Origin: Macrostomum lignano
Taxonomy: Eukaryota
NCBI GenBank assembly: GCA_002269645.1
Contig: NIVC01001356.1
Location: forward strand, 243,381 to 307,380
Direction: 5' to 3'
Length of the DNA stretch: 64,000 nt
Positions 22,287 through 34,300 of the stretch are shown here, piece after piece. The notes below the pieces were generated by a model. That model worked only from the letters and a program-made list of their open reading frames with translations, did no database searches and was not told the origin of the DNA. Both the position numbers and the translations under genes were made by a program. Numbering within the stretch: position 1 is the first letter of the stretch; each line of letters starts with the position of its first letter.

Positions 22287-23855
22287 ATGGCCGAAGCCAC
22301 TCAAGCAGGCAGTCAGCGCTGCTCCCTGGACACCTGCAGCGAAGCAGCTGCTGGCACTGGAGCTCAGACACCGCAGTCTCTGTGCCAGAGACACCTGGAC
22401 CAAGACTCCGACAGAGTGCACGAAATTCAAGCCAGAGTTCAGGCGAGGCTGCAGCCTCTGAGGCTCGTTCGCGACCGTCTAAGAATGGACGTGCAGGTGC
22501 TGGAAACGGAGCTGCAGGTAGCTGAGGATCTGCTCAATGCCGCCATTGAGTCATTGATGAAGCACAAGGAAGCTGTGACGAGTCGACTCAATACCAGAGC
22601 TGACGCAGCAAGGCAGAAGCTGAGCGACTTTGCAGTGCTGCAGGAGTTCGACAGCTCGATAGCAGCGGCGGAAAGCGCCAACAATCTTCGAGGCGTCTTT
22701 GAGCTGTCCTCTCGCATGGAGCTACAGTGCAGCGATCTCGAGAATGCGGTGTCTGGTGGAGACAAACAAGGACCAGTGAAGCTGGGCGACGTTTGCGGAG
22801 CTCTGAGAGACCTGCAGCTGAGCATCGAATGGCATTTTACGGACGTGATGCAGCTGTGCGACTCAGCTAATCCGCTGAGCGTAGAGAAGCTGAAAATTCG
22901 TAAGTTGCGCAGAGAGATCCAGGGGCTTGATGGTCATCCTGTTTGGGCTTCATACTGCAGCAACACGAAAGGCTTTTCCGCTGATGCTTCAGGCAGCAAA
23001 GTGGTGAAGGCGGAGTCTGCGGTCGATGGTGCACAGATGCTTCCCGAGCCGTGTCTGTTCGTAGCTTTTGATTTGCGATCCGATCTGGATTACCTTCTCG
23101 CGTGTTCGATTGGCAGATCCGTGAGGCTGAAAGTTCAAGCCGACCTCGACTGGTCCACGCCAATCACAGGACTCTGCTGTGACAACGAGCGCCAAGCTCT
23201 GTACATCTCGCAACAAAACTGGGTAAAGATGTCGGACCTGAGCGGTCAGGTGTCGCTCGAGATCAACTCGAGCAGCCTCGGACGGCCTGTCAGATTTATG
23301 GGGCTGACCTGCAGCTCTGACAAGATAATTTCTCTGGACAAAAGCGGCTCGGAAATGCAGCTGCTGTGCATCGACAAAGACAGCGGCCAGCTGCAGACCT
23401 GCGTTTCTCTCGGTGGCGTGCCCAGTTCCCCAGATCGCTCAGAATCCATGTCGGTCATCGACCATGCGGTGCTGATCACCGATTGGGAAGCTGACAAGCT
23501 CTACAAAGTTTGCATCGCCAGCGGTCAGCTGATCTTGACCTACCCGACCAAGCGAAGTCATCGTGATAAGCTTCGAAGTCCTGCAGGAGTCGTGGCTCAT
23601 CGCTCGGGTCTGCTGTTCGTCAGCGAGTGTATAAGTCATGTGGTTCGTGTGATGCGAAGTGACGGCACTGTGCTGCAGACTGTCGGAGTCGAGGGTGAGG
23701 CTGGCAGAGGCCGAGAGAAAATGAACGGTCCGTATGGCTTGGCCATCGTTGAAGGCGACTCCGAGTTTGCCGTGTGCCAGCGGGATGGTCATTCCATAAA
23801 TTTTTACGAATTTTATACTGGTCCTGATGTTCCTGACTTGTGTATTTTGTTGTAG
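22287..23855 (+). CDS. ZnF-coiled-coil-NHL protein A2 (class A, 522 aa), inverted relative to the rest of the array
   Basis: gagccATGG start at 22287 (the track uses an upstream GTG); CSLDTC...LCQRH; coiled coil; six propeller blades including [10 protein letters not shown]...LFVSE and MNGPYGLAI. Confidence 0.85.
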   Translation: MAEATQAGSQRCSLDTCSEAAAGTGAQTPQSLCQRHLDQDSDRVHEIQARVQARLQPLRLVRDRLRMDVQVLETELQVAEDLLNAAIESLMKHKEAVTSRLNTRADAARQKLSDFAVLQEFDSSIAAAESANNLRGVFELSSRMELQCSDLENAVSGGDKQGPVKLGDVCGALRDLQLSIEWHFTDVMQLCDSANPLSVEKLKIRKLRREIQGLDGHPVWASYCSNTKGFSADASGSKVVKAESAVDGAQMLPEPCLFVAFDLRSDLDYLLACSIGRSVRLKVQADLDWSTPITGLCCDNERQALYISQQNWVKMSDLSGQVSLEINSSSLGRPVRFMGLTCSSDKIISLDKSGSEMQLLCIDKDSGQLQTCVSLGGVPSSPDRSESMSVIDHAVLITDWEADKLYKVCIASGQLILTYPTKRSHRDKLRSPAGVVAHRSGLLFVSECISHVVRVMRSDGTVLQTVGVEGEAGRGREKMNGPYGLAIVEGDSEFAVCQRDGHSINFYEFYTGPDVPDLCILL

Positions 23856-24273
23856 AGAGCTGGAGGCTAAAAAGCCTCAATAACCTACCGTAGGCCCGGT
23901 GCGATCGATTAATTTATATTTGTATATAACGGCGACTATGTAATTGAAAATGCGTACATCTGACACCCTGCGACGAAAGTACATTGGATGTAAATTGCAT
24001 GTTTACACCACGAGCATGCATAAGTCATTGCTATACCCTGCTACCAAGCATTAGGCAGTAGGCCCCTGCAATTCTCCCAAACCAGAGAGATTGGATAAAA
24101 ATAATAAACAAAATTTAAACACCCTAAAGCAATCAGGACGACCACAACACGTTCTTTTTGTAGTTGAGCACCCAGCCTTGGGAACCTCCAGGCTGCTGTC
24201 GCGTGGCGATATCACCGCTGGGTAGGCAGCTAGACAGGCTCTGGTAGTGGCAATCTAGTTTGAACAATTTGTA

Positions 24274-24370
24274 GGGCTTGGCCATCGTAGATTCAGAGCT
24301 GCTGCTTGCCTTGTGCCTAGGGGATAGAAATTTGATCAGGTTCTACCGGGTCTCAACTGGTTCTGCCGAT
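24274..24370 (+). pseudogene. Isolated C-terminal (blade 6) fragment of an NHL paralog
   Basis: [32 protein letters not shown] matches the family C-terminus. Confidence 0.7.
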
Positions 24371-25027
24371 GGTGTTCCGCAGTTTTTTATAGCTACAGCA
24401 AAAAACAGTAAAATTGGCTCCGTGTTTGAGTGTTTTAGTATAGTATTGAATTTTCTTAGAGATAAAAAATGTCTAGCTTTGTAAGTAGCAGCGAGTCACA
24501 ATTGGTTTTTTATTGTGGTAATGAACTACGAGCGTAAGCTACTGGATTAAATCTCCTTATTTGAGTTTAACAGTTGACTATTCTCTCTGAGAAGTTTTTT
24601 CGTTGAATAATTTTTTCTGCGCTTCAGGGTTTCTGAGCTGCAATCTATGAAGTAATTCACTAATTGCTATTTTATCAATAAAGTCTATCGGTTCTATATT
24701 TTTCTGCTGTAAATCAAATGCTTTTCAAAGCTTTCAATGAAGCGGTTATGCGCTCATTAAATAAAAATATAATAATACTCTGCACTTTACTGATTCTTTG
24801 GCGAATGCTTCCCCTTCTCAATGGCATCTCCTTTGAGCTTTCTCTACTTTAAAAGTTATTTTCTTCCGCTGTGAAAAAGTGCGGGGTCCACAGGAAATTA
24901 GTTCATTATATAGCTGCATTGTTGTAGAGAGTTATTAGAACCTTCCTTAATGCGCTACTAAAGGTAATATTCTAAGAATTTAAACTTGCAATCTATTTTC
25001 AGAATGAGTCACAACCATACGTAGGAC

Positions 25028-25061
25028 CATAGATCTTACTGGTATATTTCTAAGATCTATG
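25028..25061. mobile_element. 34-bp TIR mini-element (hAT-like) with 8-bp target-site duplication
   Basis: 11-bp TIRs catagatctta/taagatctatg are flanked by cgtaggac at 25020-25027 and 25062-25069. The paralogous block near 41190 has one cgtaggac and no insert. Confidence 0.65.
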
Positions 25062-26636
25062 CGTAGGACCAAAGTATGATTAATCAAGGAACCGCGATTT
25101 CACCAGCTGTATTTGAACCCGATTTAGTTCTTGCTCCTAGAGCGTTGATAAGTTGATTAATTGAGTTTACGAGAGCTTCTCTTTGGCCTCTTTTTTCGTA
25201 GGATATATTCCTAGATATTTTATTGATGAGTTGTCCGTTACGTTTCGGACGTAACGAAGAATACGCCCTTCAGTAGGACCTATTGCAGAACTCAGAAAAC
25301 TCAATTGCTCATAAGGGCGCAAGATCTATTGTTAATTCTGAGCTCGAGGATCGTCAAGTCTTCTGATTCGCTCTCGTTTTGGTCGACACAGAGATAAAGT
25401 TAGAGACTCCAGGAGACAGCCGTTAACCGAAGCCGGCCGCCGCTACCGATCAACAAAGCCAGCCAGCCTTACAACCCATGACTCAGACGAGACGTCTGTA
25501 ACCACAAGAGGATTCGCTACAGTAAGAGAGCTTTGATTTTGCACATACCAATATGCACTTGTTCCTCATTAGCATTTCTATAGCTCTTCAGCATTTCTAT
25601 TCTGGAAAATCCTGACGTGCATGGATATGCGCTCTTTTCTCCTTGCTGTGTTTTATACAGCTTGCGTTTTAACATTCCGAGTGTATATTCGGAATGCCAT
25701 GTCGCTCAAATTCTGTCTAAATAGACTTAAACAATTAACAGTACAGCACAGACTTTGGAGCTTTACAACAATGCACAAGGCAGAAATGCGAGGCAAAGTT
25801 GACAACTAGAAGTAGCTTTGTCATCAAGCTGATTTATTCAGCAATAAAGAGCTTGAGCAATTCTGTTATTTTAGGATCTTTCAATTAATTGAAAATCCAG
25901 CCTTCAACCCTTCATAGTCCAAGCTTCCAAGATCGACTTCCAATATCCTCATCCTCTTTCAGAAAATCTCACTCAAAAATTATCTGCTGCTGAAAAGTCG
26001 TCCAGTTCGTGCACCATGCAGACGCTCGATTGAACGCTCAGCAGAGTTGCATCTTCAACTACCGGCTGCTCCATTCTCCATCATCAGTGAAGGTGCCAGC
26101 ATCTGCGGTCCCCCTACAGTACAGGTGGCCTGAAGACCAGCAAAGTGGCGTTAACAGTGGAACAAGAAGGAATTTTAAAGCAGATACTCGTACTACTAAA
26201 CAACCAGAAAAAATGTTTGCCAAAGAATTAGTACAGTGCTTATTGTTTAATATTATTATTTAAAAAGCGCATTTCGTTGAAAGCTTCAAACAACAATTGC
26301 TTTAAAGGCAGTGTAAAATGTATAAAAGGCTTGATGGTAACAAATGTATTTCAAACGTAAGTTAACTGTTCAACTCAATAAAGAAGATTACATTTAGTTC
26401 AAGTAGCTTGATTCATTGACGCATTAAAAAACCTCGTCACTCACGACACTGCCACTTACTAACCTGACGCATTCTACCACTACGAACATGCAACACTATA
26501 GTAAAACACTAAAATGCATATTACTTTACCTTAATGACACCTTAACACACTATAATTAGTGATAGCAATAAGTCATTAAAGGTCTTATATGCTGAATGGT
26601 AAAAAAAGTTTCAGCTGAAAAATCCTGAATCTGATG

Positions 26637-28178
26637 TCACACATCAGGACCTGCAGTCGAAACTCGGTAAAGACTGATCGAATTTCTATCCGCTAGGCAC
26701 ACCGCTAGAAGCAGCTCTGAATCTCCGTCTAACATGGCCAAGCCATACGGATTGTCCATTTTGTCTCGGCCTCTGCCAGCCTCGCCCTCGACTCCGACAG
26801 TCTGCAGCACAGTGCCGTCACTACGCATCATTCGTACCACATGTCTACCAAACTCGCTGACGAACACCAGACCTAAGCGATGAGCTGCGACTCCTGCAGG
26901 ACTCCAAATCTTATCAAGACGACTTCGCTTGGTCGGGTAGGTCGAGATCAGCTGACCGCTGGCGATGCATACTTTGTACAGCTTGTCAGCTGTCCAATCG
27001 GTGATCAGCACTGCATGGTCGATGACAGACATGGCGTCCAAGTTATCTGTTAAACTGGGCACGCCACCGACAGAAACGCAGGTCTGCAGCTGGCCCCTGT
27101 CTTTGTCGATGCACAGCAGCTGCATTTCCGAGCCGCTTTTGTCCAGAGCAATTATCTTGTCAGAGCTGCAGGTCAGCCCAATAAAAATCACAGGCCGTCC
27201 GAGGCTGCTCGAGTTGATCTCAAGCGACACCTGACCGCTCAGGTCCGACACCTTCACACAGTTTATCTGCGAGACGTACAGAGCTTGGCGCTTGCTGTCA
27301 CAGCTGAGTCCTGTGATTGGCGTTGACAAGTCGAGGCCGGCTTGAACTTTCAGCCTCACGGATCCGTCAATCGAACACGCGAGAAGGTAATCCAGATCGG
27401 ATCCAAAAGTAAAAGCTACGAACAGACACGGCTCGGGAAGCATCTGTGCACCATCGACCGCAGACTCCGCCTTCACCACTTTGCTGCCTGAAGCATCAGG
27501 GGAGAAGCCCTTCGTGTTGCTGCAGCATGAAACCCAAACAGGCGAACTATCGAGTTCTTGGATCTCGCTGTGGAACTCACAAATGCTCTGCTTCTCCTCG
27601 CTCAGCGGACCAACACTCTCGCACAGCTGCATCACATCGCTCAGCTGCCTGTGAATCAGCAGCTGCAAGTCTCTCACGCCTCCGCTCACGTCGCCAATGT
27701 CTCTGCCGACTTGCTCAAAGCTGTCTCTCTTTTCATCCAAGTCGCCGCACTCCGCACTCACTGCAGCTGAGAGTGAGAGCAATGTCTTCAGGTCAGCATT
27801 GGCCTCAGCTTCAGTAAGGCCAATCTCATACTCCTGCAGCACTGACAGCTCATTCAGCTTCTGCAGGCTGCTCTCATGTCTCACAGTCAATCGGTTGAGC
27901 ACAGATTCCTTGTAGGTGAGCAGCGACTCCACAGCCGACTCGAACAGCTGCTCGATGCTCTGCAGCTCGGCTGCCAGCGCTCGCTGATGAACTCGAAGGC
28001 CGTCTCGCAGCCTCTTCAGCGGCTGCAGCTGCTCGAGCGCCTTCTGTGCGAGGTGGCGCACCGCGGCAGCGTCCTGAGCCAGGTGTCTCTCGCACAGTTG
28101 CTCTGAAAGGCGAACGCCGATTCCGGTCGGGGCAGCGCTGCAGCCTCTGATGAAGCAGCTCGTGCTGGAGTCGGACAT
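26637..28178 (-). CDS. ZnF-coiled-coil-NHL protein B1 (class B, 513 aa)
   Basis: Intact ORF: MSDSSTSCFIRGC...LCERH, coiled coil, six-blade propeller ([19 protein letters not shown]). Confidence 0.88.
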   Translation of the reverse strand: MSDSSTSCFIRGCSAAPTGIGVRLSEQLCERHLAQDAAAVRHLAQKALEQLQPLKRLRDGLRVHQRALAAELQSIEQLFESAVESLLTYKESVLNRLTVRHESSLQKLNELSVLQEYEIGLTEAEANADLKTLLSLSAAVSAECGDLDEKRDSFEQVGRDIGDVSGGVRDLQLLIHRQLSDVMQLCESVGPLSEEKQSICEFHSEIQELDSSPVWVSCCSNTKGFSPDASGSKVVKAESAVDGAQMLPEPCLFVAFTFGSDLDYLLACSIDGSVRLKVQAGLDLSTPITGLSCDSKRQALYVSQINCVKVSDLSGQVSLEINSSSLGRPVIFIGLTCSSDKIIALDKSGSEMQLLCIDKDRGQLQTCVSVGGVPSLTDNLDAMSVIDHAVLITDWTADKLYKVCIASGQLISTYPTKRSRLDKIWSPAGVAAHRLGLVFVSEFGRHVVRMMRSDGTVLQTVGVEGEAGRGRDKMDNPYGLAMLDGDSELLLAVCLADRNSISLYRVSTAGPDV

Positions 28179-29805
28179 TGTGCTTGAAGAATGGTGCTGA
28201 AAATGTGCAAAATTGTTTCAATATATCGAATACGCCTGGCTAAAAACTTCATAATTGTTTCGATTAAAGTCAATTATCTGCTGAAACACACTGGCATCAG
28301 CATATTGCAGAACCAGCTGAGTGACTTTTACAACACCGGAAAAGGATGTCAGCTTAGTTGAAATACCAGAGAGGATTCTGTGCCGAATCCCATCGGACTG
28401 GCGACGAGGGTGCAGAGTCATAGAAAATTACACGTCTCAGCCTCAGTGGGTTAATTGGGGAGAACTTGTGTAACTTAAGCCATAAGAAACCGCTAGTATC
28501 CGAGATTGTGATCTTTACGTTCACCTCATCAATGATGTGCTCAGCTTAGTTGCTCATCACAAACAATGTCCCTTGTTTTTCAGATAAAGGTGTCCAAATA
28601 TGAGCACACTGAAACTGAAATTTCCCAGCCTTTGTGTTGAAATCTGAATACAACAAGAGAATATTTCATGCATTCAGAGTCAGATTGGAGAGCTCACATG
28701 GGGGGCAGAGAAGTTCTGCTCAGCCTTAGTGCGGGTGGGGTCTCACTTTAGGCAGGGCAGCTGATGAAGTCTTGAGGGGTTTCAGATATACTCAGCTGGC
28801 ACTTGTTGATCATCTGATGCTTACTGCATGATCGTGTTTAAAATGAAATTTGACAAACAACATCACCACAGTAACGGCTCTGCAAACTGCTATATTTGAG
28901 GCAACATTGGCTACTGCTGTTAAAATTACATGCAATTGTTAGCTAAAGTACATCGCTAGTTACAAAAGATCAATAAAACCAACTGCAAGACAGCAGAAAC
29001 CGGTACATTAGATTGGCTGGTACAGATTTGGAACTTTTAAATTCAATAAAACTTAATCAGGATAAATTCTATCCTGAGATTTCTGGGATTTCTTAATCAG
29101 ATCTCATCAGGACTCAGAAAAACCCCGCAAGATTTGTTAAGACAGATGCATGCAATTAGGCACTGATCAAGCTCCAGATTAGCAACAACTCACATGGTGC
29201 ATCAAACACTTGAAAATGCTTTGATTCAAACTGTCTGAAAACGACACATCGGATGCTGTTTGAGCTCGGCTTAAAAAATAAACTCAAACAGCAAATTTGA
29301 GCAAGTTCAAGTTGGCAGACGGTATGAGCAAGTTTCTGGAGCCAGCATTCATGTCCGTAATGTTACCTGATTGTTTTTTTATTTATCACTTATTTACCCA
29401 GGTAAGTTGAAAAACTTGGCCGCAGCCTACTTAAACTCACAGATAAACCTCCCAATCAGTTTCAAATATACTCTACAAGTAGTTTCTTTTCAGCTCATTT
29501 TGTGAACAGACTTCACGAAAATTGCCTAAGATAATTTTCGTGAAGTAATTCGCACTAGTGGCAAAAAAAATACCAGTTTGTGACTGAAATTCTCAAATTT
29601 GGCAATGTTGCACAATTTATAAGTCAAAGAGGAGCTCCGTTTCCATGCCCTACTCACGGACCAGGGTAAAAAGCTCCGCTTGGTTACTCTGATACTAGTA
29701 CAGTTGATTGGTCAAGCAGGCACAGTATAAAAATAATTTTTGTGATAAAGCAAAAACATGCAGATTCACAGATGAATCGAAAAGCTGATTCACAATCATC
29801 CGCTG

Positions 29806-31353
29806 TCAATCGGCCGAAACAGTTGAAACTCTGTAAATACTGATGGACTTTCCTTCCTTCTGGCACACGGCAAGCAGCTCGGAGTCGCCTTCAACGGTGG
29901 CCAAGCCATACGGACAGTTCATTTTGTCTCGGCCGCTGCCAGCCTCATTATCGACTCCGACAGTCTGCAGCACAGTGCCGTCACTACGCATCAAACGAAC
30001 CACATGACTAATGCACTCGCTGACGAACAGCAGACCCGAACGATGAGCTGCGACTCCTGTAGGACTCCAAATCTTATTAAGACGACTTCGGCTTGTAGGG
30101 TAGGTCGAGATCAGCTGACCGCTGGCGATGCACACTTTATAGAGCTTGTCAGCTGTCCAATCAGTGATCAGCACTGCATGGTCGATGCCCGATATGGCTT
30201 CTGAATGATCTGGTGAACTGGGAACCCCACCGACAAAAACGCAGGTCTGCAGCTGGCCGCTGTCTTTGTCGATGCACAGCAGCTGCATTTCCGAGCCGCT
30301 TTTGTCCAGAGCAATTATCTTGTCAGAGCTGCAGGTCAGCCCCATAAATCTGACAGGCCGTCCGAGGCTGCTTGAGTTGATCTCGAGCGACACCTGACCG
30401 CTCAGGTCCGACACCTTGACCACGTTTTTCTGCGAGATGTACAGAGCTTGGCGCTTGCTGTCACAGCTAAGTCCTGTGATTGGCTTGGAGTCGAGGTCGG
30501 CTTGAACTTTTACCCTCACTGATCCGTCAATCGAACACGCGAGAAGGTGATTCAGATTGGAACGCAAATCAAAAGCAACGAACAGACACGGCTCAGGAAG
30601 CATCTGTGCACCATCGACCGCAGACTCCGCCTTCACCACTTTGCTGCCTGAAGCATCAGCGAAGAAGCCCTTCGTGTTGCTGCAGCATGAAATTCGAATA
30701 GGATGACCATCGAGTTCTTGGATCTCGCTGTGGAACTCACAAATGCTCTGCTTCTGCTCGCTTAACGGACCAGCACTCTCGCACAGCTGCATCACATCGC
30801 TCAGCTGTCTGTCAATCAGCAGCTGTAAGTCCCTCAAAGCTCCGCAAACGTCGCCCAGCTTCAGTCGTCCTTGTTCGTCTCCACCAGACACCGCGTCCTC
30901 GAGATCGCTGCACTGCAGCTCCATGCGAGAGGACAGCTCAAAGACGCCTCGAAAGTCGCTGGCGCTTTCCGCCGCTGCTATCGAGCTGTCGAACTCCTGC
31001 AACACTGCAAAGTCGCTCAGCTTCTGCCTTGCTGCGTCAGTCTTGGCATTGAGTCGACTCATAACAGCTTCCGTGTGCTTCATCAGTGACTCAATGGCGG
31101 CATTGATCAGATCCTCAGCCACCTGCAGCTCCGCTTCCAGCGCCTGCACGTCTGTTCGCAGACGGTCGCGGACGAGCCTTAAGGGCTGCAGCCTCGCCTC
31201 AACTCTGGCGTGAATTTCGCGCACTCTGTCGGAGTCTTGGTCCAGGTGTCTCTGGCACAGAGGCTGCGTTGTCTGAGCTCCGGTGCTAGAAGCTGCTTCG
31301 TTGCAGGTGGCCAGGGAGCAGCGCTGACTGCCTGCTTGAGTGGCTTCGGTCAT
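29806..31353 (-). CDS. ZnF-coiled-coil-NHL protein A3 (class A, 515 aa)
   Basis: Intact ORF from ATG 31353 (MTEATQ); same domain layout. Confidence 0.88.
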   Translation of the reverse strand: MTEATQAGSQRCSLATCNEAASSTGAQTTQPLCQRHLDQDSDRVREIHARVEARLQPLRLVRDRLRTDVQALEAELQVAEDLINAAIESLMKHTEAVMSRLNAKTDAARQKLSDFAVLQEFDSSIAAAESASDFRGVFELSSRMELQCSDLEDAVSGGDEQGRLKLGDVCGALRDLQLLIDRQLSDVMQLCESAGPLSEQKQSICEFHSEIQELDGHPIRISCCSNTKGFFADASGSKVVKAESAVDGAQMLPEPCLFVAFDLRSNLNHLLACSIDGSVRVKVQADLDSKPITGLSCDSKRQALYISQKNVVKVSDLSGQVSLEINSSSLGRPVRFMGLTCSSDKIIALDKSGSEMQLLCIDKDSGQLQTCVFVGGVPSSPDHSEAISGIDHAVLITDWTADKLYKVCIASGQLISTYPTSRSRLNKIWSPTGVAAHRSGLLFVSECISHVVRLMRSDGTVLQTVGVDNEAGSGRDKMNCPYGLATVEGDSELLAVCQKEGKSISIYRVSTVSAD

Positions 31354-33904
31354 GGCTCTTCTGAGCAGAAAGGGAGAGGTTGGAGAAGCTGCGGCATTGT
31401 GGACCGTGTGCTCAGGGAACTGCAGAAGCTGCACTTTTAGTCAGATGGAGGACCTTAGGAAGTAATTTTGGACAGTGATAGTAAATTTGGCCTAAAGGGC
31501 TGATTAGAAATATCGATCTCTTCCAATCATGGTATAATTTGATTCAAACTTTGCTACTGAAATGATTATTTTCTATCCATATTTTTTAAATATCCTCCAT
31601 AATTAATTTAACCTTCTAGGGTATGCCATCTACATCTACACATATTTGAGAACATTTGGCCAGCTTTTACTGAAAAAACTTTTAAATTTAATTCGATAAG
31701 TTAGAGGAAGTCTTTGTTTAAAATTTAAATGTTTCAGTGGTACCACTTGGAGACTAGCGAGACTTCAGCAAAGTCAATCGACTGCAGACAGGCTATAATA
31801 TAAAGACCAAGTTAGTAAATTATTCAAACCTAAATATAGGAAATTTAAATGATAAAAATATTGGAATATTTTTACTAAATTGGTGCAATGTGTCTTTACC
31901 TTGGGCTGCATAAAAACGCTAATTTACTGACCAAGGCAATAGTAAAAATAATAAGTTATTATTATCAGTAAACATTTCTTATCAAGTAATTAAGAGTCAA
32001 AAAAGTGTAGCACAGTTGAAAATTTCTCAGCAAGAATTTTTTACACGTGTATTTGTTTTGTTTCAAAGAAAAGAAAGTCAGTATTCGAGAGTGTTGTTTT
32101 ACAACTCATTTATGCACACTGATTGGGTCACTATTAACTTGTTATCATTTAGACTAACACTAATGCTAAAATTGTTTCGTTTAAATTTCATAATTACGAA
32201 AAAGAAACATTATACACTTTTTGTAATATTTCATATTGTAACGATACGATAAGTCAATTAAGAACGCTAAGCTTATGCGCTGGATTTTGTCCTAGTTCAC
32301 TTTAAAATACCAGTCCGTTCAAAATTATAATTTGCTTCATAACGCAGTCAAAGGTTAATTTTGACATATAAAGTAATTTCTTGGTTCCAAACTCGAAACG
32401 GAGAAAAATAAATTAATAATTTTATTTAATTTGTAATAGTTTGTAGTCAGCAACATACATACTGTAATTTTAAATATATAATCCTTGGATTTCGGTTAAA
32501 TATTCGAATAATTTTAATCTCAAAAAAGGATCATGTTAAATACGTGCGCTCTAATAAAGCAGATATGAGTAAAACAAAAATTTAAACTCCTATAGATTTG
32601 CACGTCTGTATACAGGTATAGCAACATTTTTACTTGTGCAGAATTCGCACTTTTCGCACCAACAAGTCAAAGGCTTTACCTGCAATGTGTAAAAAATCGG
32701 ACAGACATTGGACTCAGTGGACTGTAAATTTGTGTGAGGAACTGGTGGATGTAAATGTACATTTGTTTTGACGTCTAATAATGTTCTTTGTCTAGCTACA
32801 TGTAATGGAATTCCATCCAGTGAAATGTTTACTTAAACAATTTACATATGCATGTAAGGACCAGTAGCAAAAGACAGAAAAACGGAGAGAATACGAGAGG
32901 ATTGATTTGACTGAGCTGGTAGAAAAGATCAGGGAAGAAAGAGCTCCAATACCAGCGCCCGAGAGGAGCCAATCAGCTGTCAGCAGCTCTCGATCATCCA
33001 ATTCATTCGAGACAGGCAAAGACAGGCACAGACAGCGTACATGTACGAAGCCCCAGAAGGAGGAACGAGCAAACATTCGAAAAGCATCAAAAAAGGTTTC
33101 ACTTTTCTCAGCTCAGCCTTCCGCCGCTCAAGGATGTCCCTCCACAGCCCCCCTCAGCGATTTCAACCGACACCGATGATCACTGCTCACCCTTCGTTTC
33201 CTGCTCTAGAGATGTCGAGCAGCAGTCCCTACGAACTCCCCATCGCCTGCTGCTCGCCTCGCCCAGCTCCCTACTTGCCGACTACGTGACCTTCGTCAAT
33301 GCGGCCATCTTCGCCCGTCTTCCGTCGCGACCACAGCGTCCACCGCGTCTCGGAAGCGTGAGTCACTGAGACAATCATTCCTCCCGATATCTACCTCAGC
33401 AACCTCTGGGCTCTGGCGCTGAAAGGTACAGCCACCAGGCCTCGTCCCTATAGACTTTGTCCGCCTCTGGATGGTGCGATCCCATGGTGAGATACCATTA
33501 TCTAGGCAGCGAGCCGGGTTGTTTTAAGGTACACGCCAAAGGCGCGGCCGCCACCAGTCAACTGTGCAGGAGTCACCCTATGAAAATCCCACTAAAGAGA
33601 CGGGACTACCGGTCTGGAACAGACGAAGGTTCTTGGCCCCAACTCTACTAAAAATGGCCGATTGAGGGACTCTATGCGAGGCATATATACAAGGATCAGT
33701 CTAGTCAGTGCTGGAAACGAGGACTTTTGCATAGGGGGTCTTTTAGCTGTTGAGCAAAAAGACTACAATTACCTCATAAGCCCCAGGATTCCAAGTGTTA
33801 ATAGTTAATTAACAAATTGCATGTACGTCATCATGTTTACGTAATCACATCGGATGAGGATAGACGTCGGTTGGGACTGCAGCTGAGAATAACCAGGAGT
33901 TGAA

Positions 33905-34300
33905 GTTTGCCCATTATTGATGCTTGGTCAATGGAATGAAAGAAATTTGCAACAGCGTGACCATAGTCGCCTGGTGTAATCTGTTGAAGGTACCGACGAC
34001 GGCTGTATGACAACCGAATGCTTGAAAAACTAGTTTAGGATGCCTAGCAGTTGAGGCTTGTCCATTATTGAAGCTTGATAAGATCTGGCATATTTGTAAC
34101 AGGATGTTCATGGTCACCTGATGCCACCTGTTGAAAGTGCCGACGGTGTCCGGGTGATGACGGAGTGCTCTATAGACTAGCTGATGATGTTCATCAGTTA
34201 AGGCTTGCCCACTGTCGATGCTTGACCGACGAAACTAGAGAAATTTGCATCATAGTCTGCTCATAGTCACCGGGTGCCACCTGTTGAAGGTCTAGAAGCT
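33905..34300. repeat. Three degenerate ~150-bp tandem units
   Basis: ctgttgaa anchors at 33981, 34128 and 34281 (spacing 147 and 153), with other shared words such as gaaatttgca and atagtc(a/g)cc. Confidence 0.55.
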
